DNA from: Planctomycetota bacterium
GTDB lineage: Bacteria; Planctomycetota; UBA8108; SXIK01
Length of the DNA stretch: 64,000 nt
NCBI GenBank assembly: GCA_965223845.1
Contig: CBDCXR010000004.1
Coordinates: forward strand, 5,472,001 to 5,536,000
Direction: 5' to 3'
Below, in pieces: positions 18,608 through 27,904 of the stretch. A program made the translations under genes and the position numbers. The notes beneath the pieces are model-generated. The model made no database searches and was not told the origin of the DNA. It saw only the letters and a program-made list of their open reading frames with translations. How positions within the stretch are numbered: the first letter of the stretch is position 1; each line of letters opens with the position of its first letter.

Positions 18608-20434
18608 ATGAACGGCATGATTCTCTCGCGATCAACCGGAACGCACGCCCGACGCACGGCCGTCGGCGCACTCGTCGCGTTTCTCTTCGCCGGCGGTGCG
18701 ATCGCACACGCGCAAACCCCGTACGTCCGCGGCGACACGAGCGGCGACGGCATCGTCGACATCACAGACGTGACAAGCTACGTCACGTATTACTTTCAGG
18801 GCGCCGCGTCAACCGCGGCGTCCATGGAGGCGTACGACGTGAACGGCGACGGCGCCCGGTCGCTCACTGACCTCATCCACCTCTCGCGCCACCTCTTTCT
18901 GAACGGCGATCCGATCCCCGCGCCCTTCCCGTCGCCGGGGACCGTCCCTCCGCCCGTCGTACCAGACCGCGAAGACTTCGTAACGTTCCAGATCGAAGAC
19001 GGCGTCGCCGCTCCGGGTGGGAGCGTCACGATTCCGGTCTACATGACGTACAAGCCTCACCTCTCGCCGCCGCCGCCCGTCGCTTCGTACACGGTCGGAG
19101 TCGAATTCAACGCAAGCGACTTGAAGCTTTCGTCGATCACGATCCCGCCGACGATCGCGGCGCTCAACCCGGAGCTCGCGCATCCGATGATCCGCACGGG
19201 CGAAGCACGGCTCACCGTGCTCTTCGATGCTCGGCGGATCGACGTCGGCCTCGCCCCTGCCGACAATCTGCCGATCGCACTCCTTCACTTCGATGTCGAC
19301 TCGTCGACGACGAACACCGAAACCGAGATCAGAATCACGGACACCGTTTTCGCCGGTACGTCCGCGTCCGCTTCCGACCGGAGCCTCTACACCGAGGCAT
19401 CGATCGGCGGACGAATGGTCCGTCCGCGCAGAATTCGCGGACGGATCTTCATCGATCAATCCCTCAGCTTTGTTCGCGGCGACATCTCTCGCGATGGACT
19501 GCTCGATATCACCGACATGGTGCAGCTCCTCCGCGCCCTCTCCATGACCGGAGATCTCCTCGGTGAGCACGCTGCGGCCGACGTCAACGATGACGGCATG
19601 TACTCCTTCGGCGATGTCTACTTCGGCATGTTCCACTCCTTCGGTCTCGTGTCTGTTCCGCCCGTTCCGGCCCCGCACCCGACGGCGGGTACGGCGCCTC
19701 TCAAGCCGCTTCCCGTCCGCTCGCATCTCGACGAGCTCAAAATCGACGATGGCGAGCTCGTCCGCGGCCACCACGAGGTGATCCAGGTGAAGATGACGAC
19801 CAGCTCCCCGGTCGACGGGTTCACCGTCTCGCTCACCTACGACCCGGCGCGCATCACGGTCCACAAGGTCGACATCAGCGCGGGCCTCACCCCCCCGGCG
19901 GCGATCCAGCCGGTCATCGTCCACAACGCGACCCGCGGCTGGATCCTCGTCACGACACCCCTCGATCGCGAGATTCCCGCCACAGCGAACTTTCCGCTCG
20001 TCGACATCGAGGTCGAACCGATCGATTTCACCGAGGCGTACCACCACATCTGCTTCCGCGACGCGTTCCTTCCGCCGCTCAGCTACAACGAGCTCATGCA
20101 GCTCCGCGCCACCGGAGGTAGTGTGCGCCCGCTTCTCAACTCGGGTACGTTCGCGAACGTCGTCCCGTTCCGACGCGGCGACTGCAATGCCGACGGCCGC
20201 TTCGACATCGCTGATGCCGTAACGATGCTCAACTGCCAGTTCGGAAACCAGATCTGCCAGTGCTTCGACGCTTGCAACGTGAACGACGATCCCTGGTTCG
20301 ACATCTCCGACCCGATCTACGCTCTCAACTACCAGTTCTCGACCGGGCCGGCGCCACGTGCGCCCTTCCCGAATTGCGGGCTCGATCCGACTCCGGATCC
20401 GTTTCCGTTCTGTTCGCGGTCAAGCTGCCCCTAA
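18608..20434 (+). CDS. Secreted cohesin-dockerin protein (Doc-Coh-Doc-Coh-Doc), scaffoldin-like
   Basis: GGAGG RBS at 18596-18600; signal peptide ending ...GGAIAHA-Q; dockerins RGDTSGDG, RGDISRDG, RGDCNADG; cohesin-like segments GVAAPGGSVTIPVYM...YTVGVEFNASDLKL...IALLHFDV and GHHEVIQVKMTTSSPVDGFTVSLTYDPARITV. Confidence 0.78.
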   Translation: MNGMILSRSTGTHARRTAVGALVAFLFAGGAIAHAQTPYVRGDTSGDGIVDITDVTSYVTYYFQGAASTAASMEAYDVNGDGARSLTDLIHLSRHLFLNGDPIPAPFPSPGTVPPPVVPDREDFVTFQIEDGVAAPGGSVTIPVYMTYKPHLSPPPPVASYTVGVEFNASDLKLSSITIPPTIAALNPELAHPMIRTGEARLTVLFDARRIDVGLAPADNLPIALLHFDVDSSTTNTETEIRITDTVFAGTSASASDRSLYTEASIGGRMVRPRRIRGRIFIDQSLSFVRGDISRDGLLDITDMVQLLRALSMTGDLLGEHAAADVNDDGMYSFGDVYFGMFHSFGLVSVPPVPAPHPTAGTAPLKPLPVRSHLDELKIDDGELVRGHHEVIQVKMTTSSPVDGFTVSLTYDPARITVHKVDISAGLTPPAAIQPVIVHNATRGWILVTTPLDREIPATANFPLVDIEVEPIDFTEAYHHICFRDAFLPPLSYNELMQLRATGGSVRPLLNSGTFANVVPFRRGDCNADGRFDIADAVTMLNCQFGNQICQCFDACNVNDDPWFDISDPIYALNYQFSTGPAPRAPFPNCGLDPTPDPFPFCSRSSCP

Positions 20435-20457
20435 GCGGTTCGGTCGAACTCGAGACG

Positions 20458-20497
20458 AAACGCGCCCGCTCCAACTCGGCTGGGGCGGGCGCGTTTT
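20458..20497. terminator. Intrinsic terminator hairpin between convergent genes, possibly bidirectional
   Basis: aaa-cgcgcccgc(tcca..tggg)gcgggcgcg-tttt. Confidence 0.75.
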
Positions 20498-20535
20498 GAA
20501 GTTCTCGGATTCAATCCGCGAACGGATTCCGGCTT

Positions 20536-21495
20536 CTAACGCCGACGAGCGCCGCGTCGCATGCGGGCGTCGCCGTCTTCGCCGTCGTCGCCATCCCCGT
20601 CTCCATCGTCGTCGTCGTCATCATCATCGTCGTCGTCATCGCCCTCCTCTTCTTCCTCTTCCTCGACGATCCGCGTTTCGGGAAGAGCCGCGGCGATGGC
20701 CGCTTCATTCTCGGAGTTATCGACGATGCAGTGCGCGTGGCCGAAGCCGCTCTCGCTCTTTGCGTGACCGTTCGCGTCCTCGGCGATATCGAAGATGATG
20801 TTGTCGTTCCCGTCGGGATGGACGCCCGCCGGCACGTAGTCGAGCTCGAGCAGATGGCGCGTCCGCCACGCGATGTTGTGGTCGGCGCAGCTCGAGTCGC
20901 CGCTGACTCCGACCGCGCCGATGATCTCGCCGTCCGAGTTGTAGAGCGCGAGACCGCCGCCGAAGACGTTCACTCCACCGATCTTCTTTCCGACCATCGG
21001 ATCGTTGGGCGTTCCGATCCGCTGCGATGGCCCACCGTAGGCAACGGACGTGTCGACGGGGTTGCTGTGCTGGAGACCGTAGAGGCTTCCTCCGGGCTGA
21101 ACGGCGGAGAACAAGTTTGCGGTCGAAAGCGCGAGGCCGGGAAGACTGAACGCGTTCGCCGTGTTCGCCTTCTGCCCCGAGATCACCCGGCTTCCAGGCC
21201 ACTGATCACCGCGATCGTTGCCGGTGAACGCAACCGCGACGACGACGCCATCGCGATCGACGACGGTCGCCCACATGTCGAGATTGAAGCCGCCGTTGTC
21301 CATGTTGCGCGCTTCGGTGAGCGCCGCCTTGAGCGCGGCGTGCGACGGCAAATCCTCGTGGAATCGGGGGCGCGCTCGATCACCTCGCGCCCAATTTCGA
21401 TCCGCGTCCGCGGAGCTCTCCGTGAGAGCAAAGAAACAACCGATTCCGACGATCCCCGCCGCGATGGAAACTGCCCAACGGGTTCTCCGCTGCAT
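20536..21495 (-). CDS. Exported GlcG/HbpS-family (heme-binding) protein with a polyacidic C-terminal tail
   Basis: Signal-like N-terminus; ATVVDRDG, SGQKANTA, FGGGLALY...IIGAVGVSGDSSCADHNIA; E/D-rich tail. Confidence 0.85.
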   Translation of the reverse strand: MQRRTRWAVSIAAGIVGIGCFFALTESSADADRNWARGDRARPRFHEDLPSHAALKAALTEARNMDNGGFNLDMWATVVDRDGVVVAVAFTGNDRGDQWPGSRVISGQKANTANAFSLPGLALSTANLFSAVQPGGSLYGLQHSNPVDTSVAYGGPSQRIGTPNDPMVGKKIGGVNVFGGGLALYNSDGEIIGAVGVSGDSSCADHNIAWRTRHLLELDYVPAGVHPDGNDNIIFDIAEDANGHAKSESGFGHAHCIVDNSENEAAIAAALPETRIVEEEEEEEGDDDDDDDDDDDDGDGDGDDGEDGDARMRRGARRR

Positions 21496-21654
21496 GACGA
21501 TCCCCTCGTACTGTGAGTGATGAGAGCCTCGCCGAGAACGCCCCTCGTCCTCGGTCAAGATCCTCGATAAATCAGGACGAGGAGTGTCGCCTAACGGCGG
21601 CGGGACATCAAGCGGCGCGAGACGACGCGTTCCGGCGCTCGAGTCGCGAACGGA

Positions 21655-23520
21655 TCAGAACGCGCGCAGCTTCTCCTCGCCGAGAACTCGGCGGAGAACA
21701 TACCTTCCGCCGACGACGGGTAGCTCGAGCGAAACTCGCTCGAGATCGAGCGTGAGCCGCGTGCCGGGCTCCGGCCAGAGTGTGAAGTCTCGATCGCTCG
21801 AAAAGATCATGAGGCCGATGCGCTGCCCCGCCGGAATGACTTGATCGTCCGGTTGGAGATCGAAGGCAAGGTCGTAGAAACGCCCCGGATTGAGCGGTTC
21901 GCTCTCGGTGAGCGACGAATGGTTCTGCGGATCGGCCCAGCCGCGCGTGATGAGGTTGTCGTTGATCTTCTTCGAGTCCGTCCAGGGGAGCGAGACAAGC
22001 CAGACGGAGAGATTCACTGCAGGCTTGCTCGCAGCGACGCGAAGGCGTATCCGCGCCGTGCCCGACAAATGGAGCGGCTCCTTGAGCGCGCTCGTCGCGT
22101 AGAGCAGGCGATGCTCCGACTGGGGAGCCGCAGCGAGTTTCGCGCCCGAGTGTGAGACGTCGTCGACGAGAGTCTGCTTGCTTGGCCCAGCGAACGGCTG
22201 AAGGACGAGGTGCCCCGAGCCGCGTCCGTCTCCGCCAAGGTAGAGCGACACGGGAGACGCATTCGGATTCGGGTAGTCGACGTAGGGCGTCGGCGAGAGA
22301 CGGCGCGCGTCCTCGCGAACGACCCACGAGCGCGGATCGTTCTCGACGCCGTTCTCGATGCCGCAGACGTAGCGCGTGAACCAGCGGTTCATGAGCTCGA
22401 GCGGCGGTGGGCCCCCGTGTCCGCCCTGGTGGAAATAGATCTGCGACGGGAGTCCCTTCTTCTTGAACGCTTCGTAGATGCGGACACTGTGCTCCGGCAT
22501 CACGTTCCAATCGTTGAACGCGTGCGCCATGAGAAGCGCAGCCTTCACGTTTCCGAGCTCGTCCAAGTAGTCGCGCCCGGCCCAGAAGTCGTTGTAGTCG
22601 CCCGTCACGCGGTCGAACCCGGCGCGCATCTCGGTGTCGCGGACGCGCTCATTGCAGTCGCCGCGGCGCTCGGGATAGCCGCTGTTGATGAAATCGTAGA
22701 GGACGTCGATGTCTTCCCCCATCCAGCCTCCCGGATGGCGAACGAGACCGTGAGAGCGGTAGTAGTGGTAGTAGGACGTGTTCGGCGCGACGGGAATGAT
22801 CGCCATGAGTCCTTCGACGCCGGTCGTCGCCGCCGCAAGCGGAATCGTCCCGTTGTACGACGTACCCGTCATGCCGACGCGTCCGGTCGACCACGACGCG
22901 ACGACACGCTCGTCACCGTCTGGCGTCGCGTAGCCCTTCGCGCGACCGTTCAGCCAATCGATCACGGCCTTCGGCGCGAGTGACTCGTTGTCGCCGCCGA
23001 CGGTCGGGCAACCCTGCGACAGCCCAGTGCCGGGAGACGCGGAGTGAACGACGGCGAATCCGCGCGGCACCCATTCGCGGATCTGTGAGCGCGACATCAG
23101 CGGTCGCCGACTCTGGTGCTCGATCGGCGGCGGGTGCGTACGCGTGGGAGGCGTCGCACCGACTTCCTGCTTCGGATCCCAGAAGTACTTCCGGTCGCTC
23201 GAGCTCGTGCCCGAGTAGTACGGGCTCGATTCATAGATGACGTGGACCTTGAGACTCTCGGTGTCCGTCTGCTTCGGACGGGTGACGTCGACGTGCATGC
23301 GGTCGAGCTTGCCGTCGCCGTCCGAATCGAATTCCGTCTCAACCCAGAGGTCGTGCTGGATCCACTCCTTCGGGTCGCTGAACTCGGGAATGATCTGCGC
23401 TTCGCCGCCGGCGTAACACGGAGCCGCCCGCGAAGCATCGCCGGCCATCGCGGCCGACGCGGTCCCGAAGAAGAGAGCAGTGAACGCGACGTACAGACGG
23501 AGAGTCGAGGATGCGGACAT
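21655..23520 (-). CDS. Secreted Xaa-Pro dipeptidyl-peptidase (S15, PepX/CocE-like)
   Basis: Signal peptide; WVETEFDSDGDGKLDRMHVDVTRP, AVIDWLNGRA, GTSYNG nucleophile elbow, DWNV, HQGGH, C-terminal LQPDDQVIPAGQRIGL. Confidence 0.9.
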   Translation of the reverse strand: MSASSTLRLYVAFTALFFGTASAAMAGDASRAAPCYAGGEAQIIPEFSDPKEWIQHDLWVETEFDSDGDGKLDRMHVDVTRPKQTDTESLKVHVIYESSPYYSGTSSSDRKYFWDPKQEVGATPPTRTHPPPIEHQSRRPLMSRSQIREWVPRGFAVVHSASPGTGLSQGCPTVGGDNESLAPKAVIDWLNGRAKGYATPDGDERVVASWSTGRVGMTGTSYNGTIPLAAATTGVEGLMAIIPVAPNTSYYHYYRSHGLVRHPGGWMGEDIDVLYDFINSGYPERRGDCNERVRDTEMRAGFDRVTGDYNDFWAGRDYLDELGNVKAALLMAHAFNDWNVMPEHSVRIYEAFKKKGLPSQIYFHQGGHGGPPPLELMNRWFTRYVCGIENGVENDPRSWVVREDARRLSPTPYVDYPNPNASPVSLYLGGDGRGSGHLVLQPFAGPSKQTLVDDVSHSGAKLAAAPQSEHRLLYATSALKEPLHLSGTARIRLRVAASKPAVNLSVWLVSLPWTDSKKINDNLITRGWADPQNHSSLTESEPLNPGRFYDLAFDLQPDDQVIPAGQRIGLMIFSSDRDFTLWPEPGTRLTLDLERVSLELPVVGGRYVLRRVLGEEKLRAF

Positions 23521-23760
23521 TCGTTGGCTCAGAGGAGTGTGGAGAGGGCTCGCGAGGAAGGCAGTACGCGGCTGAGACCGAGACGCTCCATCATCTCGCC
23601 TCGAGCGCGAAATCACGAATCCGTTTTGCGAGCGCGGCGAATCCGGATCCCGGCCCGCAATCGCCGTACCGAACGGGCGGTCGACGCGATGCTAGGCGTT
23701 CGCACAACCGGGTGACCCGCTTGTTCGGTGTTTGAGCGGGCGCGCGGAGTCGCGTCGCGG

Positions 23761-23928
23761 TCACTGCGCCTTCGGAAACAGGGCGACGAGGAGGAACGTC
23801 GCGATCGGCCCGAGAAGGAGCGAGATCAAGAACCAGCTGAGTCCGCTTCGATTCTTCCCTTGCGCGAGTCCGGCGTTGACGAGCGCGAGGCTCCCCCAGC
23901 CGACGACGTAGGGTTCCGGGTTCTCCAA
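23761..23928 (-). CDS. Small (55 aa) two-helix membrane protein, absent from the ORF track
   Basis: TTG start with AGGGG RBS; MENPEPYVVGWGSLALVNAGLAQGKNRSGLSWFLISLLLGPIATFLLVALFPKAQ*; codon style matches the neighbours. Confidence 0.75.
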   Translation of the reverse strand: MENPEPYVVGWGSLALVNAGLAQGKNRSGLSWFLISLLLGPIATFLLVALFPKAQ

Positions 23929-23981
23929 GAGTCAGCCCCTTCGATCGAGTGCGAGCGCGTAAGGCACACTCGCGGCTTGAG

Positions 23982-24659
23982 CTAGGACGCCTGAGATTCC
24001 ATCTCCGCGATGAAGGCGTCCGCTTCGCTGATGGCTGCTTCCATCTCCGCGACTAGCGAAGCGACGTTCGACTCGATCCCCTTCAGCTCGTCTCCAAGAG
24101 CGGCAATCGCTTTTGCGTTGAGGTTGTGCTTGAGGAAGAGCACGTGATCCTTGAGCGAGGTGAGAACGGGATCCATCTTTCCCTCGGCTCGTTTCATCGC
24201 GCCGAGTAAGCCTTGGTATCTCTCTTCAGTCGCTTCGAGTAGCTGCTCGTCCTTGGCTTTGAGCGATTCGCTGCTCATGCCTTCGATGTCGCTCCGCCAC
24301 TCAGCGAACAGATCCGAGCCGACCTTCTCGACCTGCCTGATCCGCTCCGAGACGGCGTTCGCCTTCCGCTCGCTGCTGCGATAAACCGACTCGAGCTTCT
24401 TGTATTTCTCCTCGAGCTCGCCGCCGGAAAACTCAATCAGCGCGCTGAACTGTTCCAGCGCGGACTTAAACTCCTGCTTCGCCTCCGTTTGAGTCTCTCG
24501 CGCGGTTTCGACGCGGCTCGCGAGGATGTGGCGCTTGTCCTTGCCGAGGAAAGTCTCCATCGCGCCATAATAAAGGTTGCTGCAGCCGACGGATGAGAGG
24601 CACAAGAACAGGGCCGAACCAGAGGCGATGCGTCGGCGGAGTGCAGGAAGATTGTTCAT
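23982..24659 (-). CDS. DUF2959-family lipoprotein (coiled coil)
   Basis: Lipobox SVG-C; YYGAMETFLGKDKRHILASRVE, AKQEFKSALEQF, DHVLFLKHNLNAKAI. Confidence 0.88.
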   Translation of the reverse strand: MNNLPALRRRIASGSALFLCLSSVGCSNLYYGAMETFLGKDKRHILASRVETARETQTEAKQEFKSALEQFSALIEFSGGELEEKYKKLESVYRSSERKANAVSERIRQVEKVGSDLFAEWRSDIEGMSSESLKAKDEQLLEATEERYQGLLGAMKRAEGKMDPVLTSLKDHVLFLKHNLNAKAIAALGDELKGIESNVASLVAEMEAAISEADAFIAEMESQAS

Positions 24660-24813
24660 ACGGGATGACCTTTCACTGGCTAGAGAATCCGGGCATTCTA
24701 TGGGAAGCTGACCGCCTGGTCGATCGGGATCCCCCTGACGCTTCGCGTCGGGCGGGAGGCGATCGCGAAAGGCCCCCCGGCCGCATCGAAAACCCGGTGA
24801 CAAGGAGCACACC

Positions 24814-25320
24814 ATGGTCTCGCTGAAGGAACGTCTCGATTTCGTGGAGATCGACAGCCCCGTCGGCCCTCTCCGCCTCGCGTCGGACGATCGCGCGCTT
24901 CGTTTCCTCAGCTTCATGGGAGGTCGCGACCCGGTGGAGGTCGGCTCCGACTGGAGGAAACGCCGCGCGCCGATTCTGCGTGCGGCCGCGAGTCAGCTCC
25001 GCGAGTACTTCGACGGCCGGCGCACGGAGTTCGACCTTCCGCTCGACCCGCACGGAACCGACTTTCAGCGCGCGGTCTGGGATGCTCTCTGCGAAATCCC
25101 GTTCGGTGAGACGCGCTCCTACGGCGAGCAGGCGCGCATGATCGGCCGGCCGAACGCTTCGCGCGCCGTCGGTGCGGCGAACGGACGGAATCCGATCGCG
25201 ATCATCATCCCCTGCCACCGCGTCATCGGCGCCTCCGGCGAACTCACCGGTTTCGGCGGCGGACTCGACACGAAACGCCGACTGCTCGATCTCGAGCGCG
25301 GAGTGCTGGCGGCGGTGTGA
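24814..25320 (+). CDS. ogt: Methylated-DNA--protein-cysteine methyltransferase
   Basis: GTDFQRAVW, IPFGETRSYG, ASRAVGAANGRNP, IPCHRVIG active site. Confidence 0.96.
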   Translation: MVSLKERLDFVEIDSPVGPLRLASDDRALRFLSFMGGRDPVEVGSDWRKRRAPILRAAASQLREYFDGRRTEFDLPLDPHGTDFQRAVWDALCEIPFGETRSYGEQARMIGRPNASRAVGAANGRNPIAIIIPCHRVIGASGELTGFGGGLDTKRRLLDLERGVLAAV

Positions 25321-26774
25321 GCGACGAGCTGACGCTCGACCCGTCCGACTGGGACGAGTTTCGCCGGCTCGCGCGGGAGATGGTCGACGACATGATCGAC
25401 CACTTCGCCGCGACCCGCGAGCGACCCGTGTGGCGATCGATGCCGCCCGACGTCCGTTCGGCGCTCGACGAACCCGTGCCGTGGGAAGGAGAAGGCGCGG
25501 AGAGCGCTTACCAATCCTTCGTGCGGAACGTACGCCCGTATCCGAACGGAAACGCGCACCCGCGATTCTTCGGCTGGGTGCAGGGAAACGGAACGCCGCT
25601 CGGAATGATGGCGGACATGCTCGCCTCCGGGCTGAATCCGCACCTCGCGGGATTCGACCAGGCCCCGACGCTCGTCGAGAAGAAGGTCGTCCAATGGATG
25701 GTCGAGCTTATGGGATTCCCTTCGTCGGCGAGCGGTCTCCTCACCGGCGGTGCTTCGCTCTCGAATCTCCTCGCGCTCTCCATCGCCCGCTACTCCCGCG
25801 CGGGATTCGACGTACGCACCCGCGGACTGTACGGATCGAATCGCCGCCTGACGGTGTACGCGTCCGGAGAAACGCACGGCTGGCTCGACAAAGCGGTCGA
25901 GCTGCTCGGCCTCGGGACCGAATCGTTCCGGCGCGTTCCGCACGATTCTCGCCATCGAATCGATGTGAACGCACTCCGGAAGACCGTACGCGCCGACCGA
26001 GCTCGCGAGAGTCTTCCCTTCTGCGTCGTCGCGAACGCCGGGACGGTGAGTACCGGAGCGACGGATGATCTCCGAGCGCTCGGCGAGCTCTGCCGCGAAG
26101 AAGAGCTCTGGCTCCACGTCGACGGCGCATTCGGTGCACTCGCTCGATGGAGCGAACGACTGCGCGACCGCGTCGCGGGCATCGCGGATGTCGATTCGGT
26201 TGCCTTCGACCTCCACAAGTGGGTCTACCAGCCGTTTACCGTCGCGTGTCTTCTCGTTCGAGACGGTGAAGTGCACCGGAGTTGCTTCGCGACGAAGGCG
26301 AGCTACTTGAGTCCGCAGGAACGCGGAGTCATCGCCGGCGGACTCCCGTTCGCCGATCTCGGCATCGAGCTGACGCGAGAGTTTCGAGCGCTCAAGGTTT
26401 GGATGAGTCTCAAGGCGCACGGCGTTCGTCCGATCGTCCGCCTCATCGAGCAAAACGTCGAGCAAGCGGAGCTCCTCGGACGACTCGTCGAAGAGCGCGA
26501 GGAACTCGAGCTTCTAGCTCCGGTCGAGCTCAACATCGTCTGCTTTCGCTTCGCGCCGGAACGCATCGGGGAAGAGCGTGCACTCGCGGATCTCAATCGA
26601 GAGATTCTTCTCCGCATCCAAGAGTCGGGCGTCGCCGTTCCGTCGAGCGCGTCGCTCGGCGGCCGTTTCGCGCTCCGCTGCGCATTCACGAACCACCGGA
26701 CTCGCCTAGCGGACGTCGAGCTTTTGGTCGACGAGATCATCCGGATTGGGCGCCAACTGACAACACGAGGGTAG
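25317..26774 (+). CDS. Group II PLP-dependent amino-acid decarboxylase (aromatic-L-amino-acid/DABA decarboxylase-like)
   Basis: HPRFFGWV, GLLTGGASLSN, AGTVSTGATD, LHVDGAFG, DLHKW (PLP lysine), RALKVW; GTGA overlap with ogt. Confidence 0.92.
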   Translation: MSDELTLDPSDWDEFRRLAREMVDDMIDHFAATRERPVWRSMPPDVRSALDEPVPWEGEGAESAYQSFVRNVRPYPNGNAHPRFFGWVQGNGTPLGMMADMLASGLNPHLAGFDQAPTLVEKKVVQWMVELMGFPSSASGLLTGGASLSNLLALSIARYSRAGFDVRTRGLYGSNRRLTVYASGETHGWLDKAVELLGLGTESFRRVPHDSRHRIDVNALRKTVRADRARESLPFCVVANAGTVSTGATDDLRALGELCREEELWLHVDGAFGALARWSERLRDRVAGIADVDSVAFDLHKWVYQPFTVACLLVRDGEVHRSCFATKASYLSPQERGVIAGGLPFADLGIELTREFRALKVWMSLKAHGVRPIVRLIEQNVEQAELLGRLVEEREELELLAPVELNIVCFRFAPERIGEERALADLNREILLRIQESGVAVPSSASLGGRFALRCAFTNHRTRLADVELLVDEIIRIGRQLTTRG

Positions 26775-26776
26775 AC

Positions 26777-27589
26777 ATGCTGGGCAAGAGCGACGTTGAG
26801 GAGCTACGCGCCAGATTCTCCTGGACCAATTACTGCATCGAGATGAGCGCCCGCACGGCATTCACGGTTGGGATCGCACCCGCGCTCGACATGGCGAGAG
26901 GAGTCTTGCGATTTCCTCTGACCCGGAAGGTAAACGCACTATTCGAGGGATTCGAGATCCATCGTGCGCCCGGCGCGAGTTGGTTCTGGTGGACCTACGC
27001 GACGTTCTCGTTCAAGAAAAAACGCGTTCGGTTCAAGCTGAGCCCGAGACAGGCCGTACGCATGTTAATACGGAGCGACAACTGGCCAGGCGATTCCGGC
27101 GTTCTTCGGTACAGCATGCGGCGCCTCGTAAGTTGGCAGAACGCGCGGACCGCAGGAGCGGACAAGGCGGTGTTTCTCTCGTATCCGCAAAGCCGGCAAG
27201 CAGAGGCCGAGTACGTTGCGAACGTACTCAAAGGATTCCGATTGGATCCATGGTACGACAAGGATCGCCTGGCTCCCGGCGACGACCTCCCCGACGAGAT
27301 CGCCAAAGGCATCACGGTTTCTAGCTGCTTCGTTCCTCTCCTCTGTCCCGAGTACATCGCATCGAGCTGGTGCCGTCGCGAACTGGAGCTCGCGGTAAAC
27401 AGCGGGGACGATCTTCTCATTCGACCGATACGCATCGAGCCGAGAAAGTTCTTCATTCCGGACGACGTCGAGAAGCTGCTGAATTCCCGCGGAGAGATCC
27501 TGCACGCCAATATCTCCGGCGAGGACGGCCTCGAGCAACTCCAAGCCGCGGCAGCGGCGATTCACACGCAACTCGCCGAACGAGAATAG
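26777..27589 (+). CDS. TIR-domain protein with an uncharacterised N-terminal domain
   Basis: VFLSY...WYDKDRLAPGDDLPDEIAKGI...SSWCRREL TIR_2 motifs with the conserved Glu; ATG 2 nt after the decarboxylase stop. Confidence 0.85.
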   Translation: MLGKSDVEELRARFSWTNYCIEMSARTAFTVGIAPALDMARGVLRFPLTRKVNALFEGFEIHRAPGASWFWWTYATFSFKKKRVRFKLSPRQAVRMLIRSDNWPGDSGVLRYSMRRLVSWQNARTAGADKAVFLSYPQSRQAEAEYVANVLKGFRLDPWYDKDRLAPGDDLPDEIAKGITVSSCFVPLLCPEYIASSWCRRELELAVNSGDDLLIRPIRIEPRKFFIPDDVEKLLNSRGEILHANISGEDGLEQLQAAAAAIHTQLAERE

Positions 27590-27904
27590 GTCCAAGTGGA
27601 GACGCGACGTCGAACAGGGCTCCTCTTCTCCGTGCAGGCGCTCGCGCAATAGAACCGTTGCGTTCGCCCTAGCGGGCTTCTGGTCGGACGAATCGAACTG
27701 TCAACGTCAGAGCATGGAAAGGCGCCAGACCGACACGACCGGCTGGACCCCTGAGTGGGTCGACGTGCTGCACAAGTACGCGAACAGACGCAGCACGAGA
27801 ATTAGCCAGCGTCCGCCACTATCTCTGAAAGGATTCGGGGCGAGGAGCCCCGCCACGACCGCTCTCGCCATCGAGTGCGTCGAGCCGATAGTCGTCGGTC
27901 GAGT

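Noticed and set aside
27590-27904. 76-aa ORF 27714-27944 downstream of the TIR gene as a partner gene
   Set aside because: No motif or clear RBS, and it overlaps the convergent DUF1501 gene.
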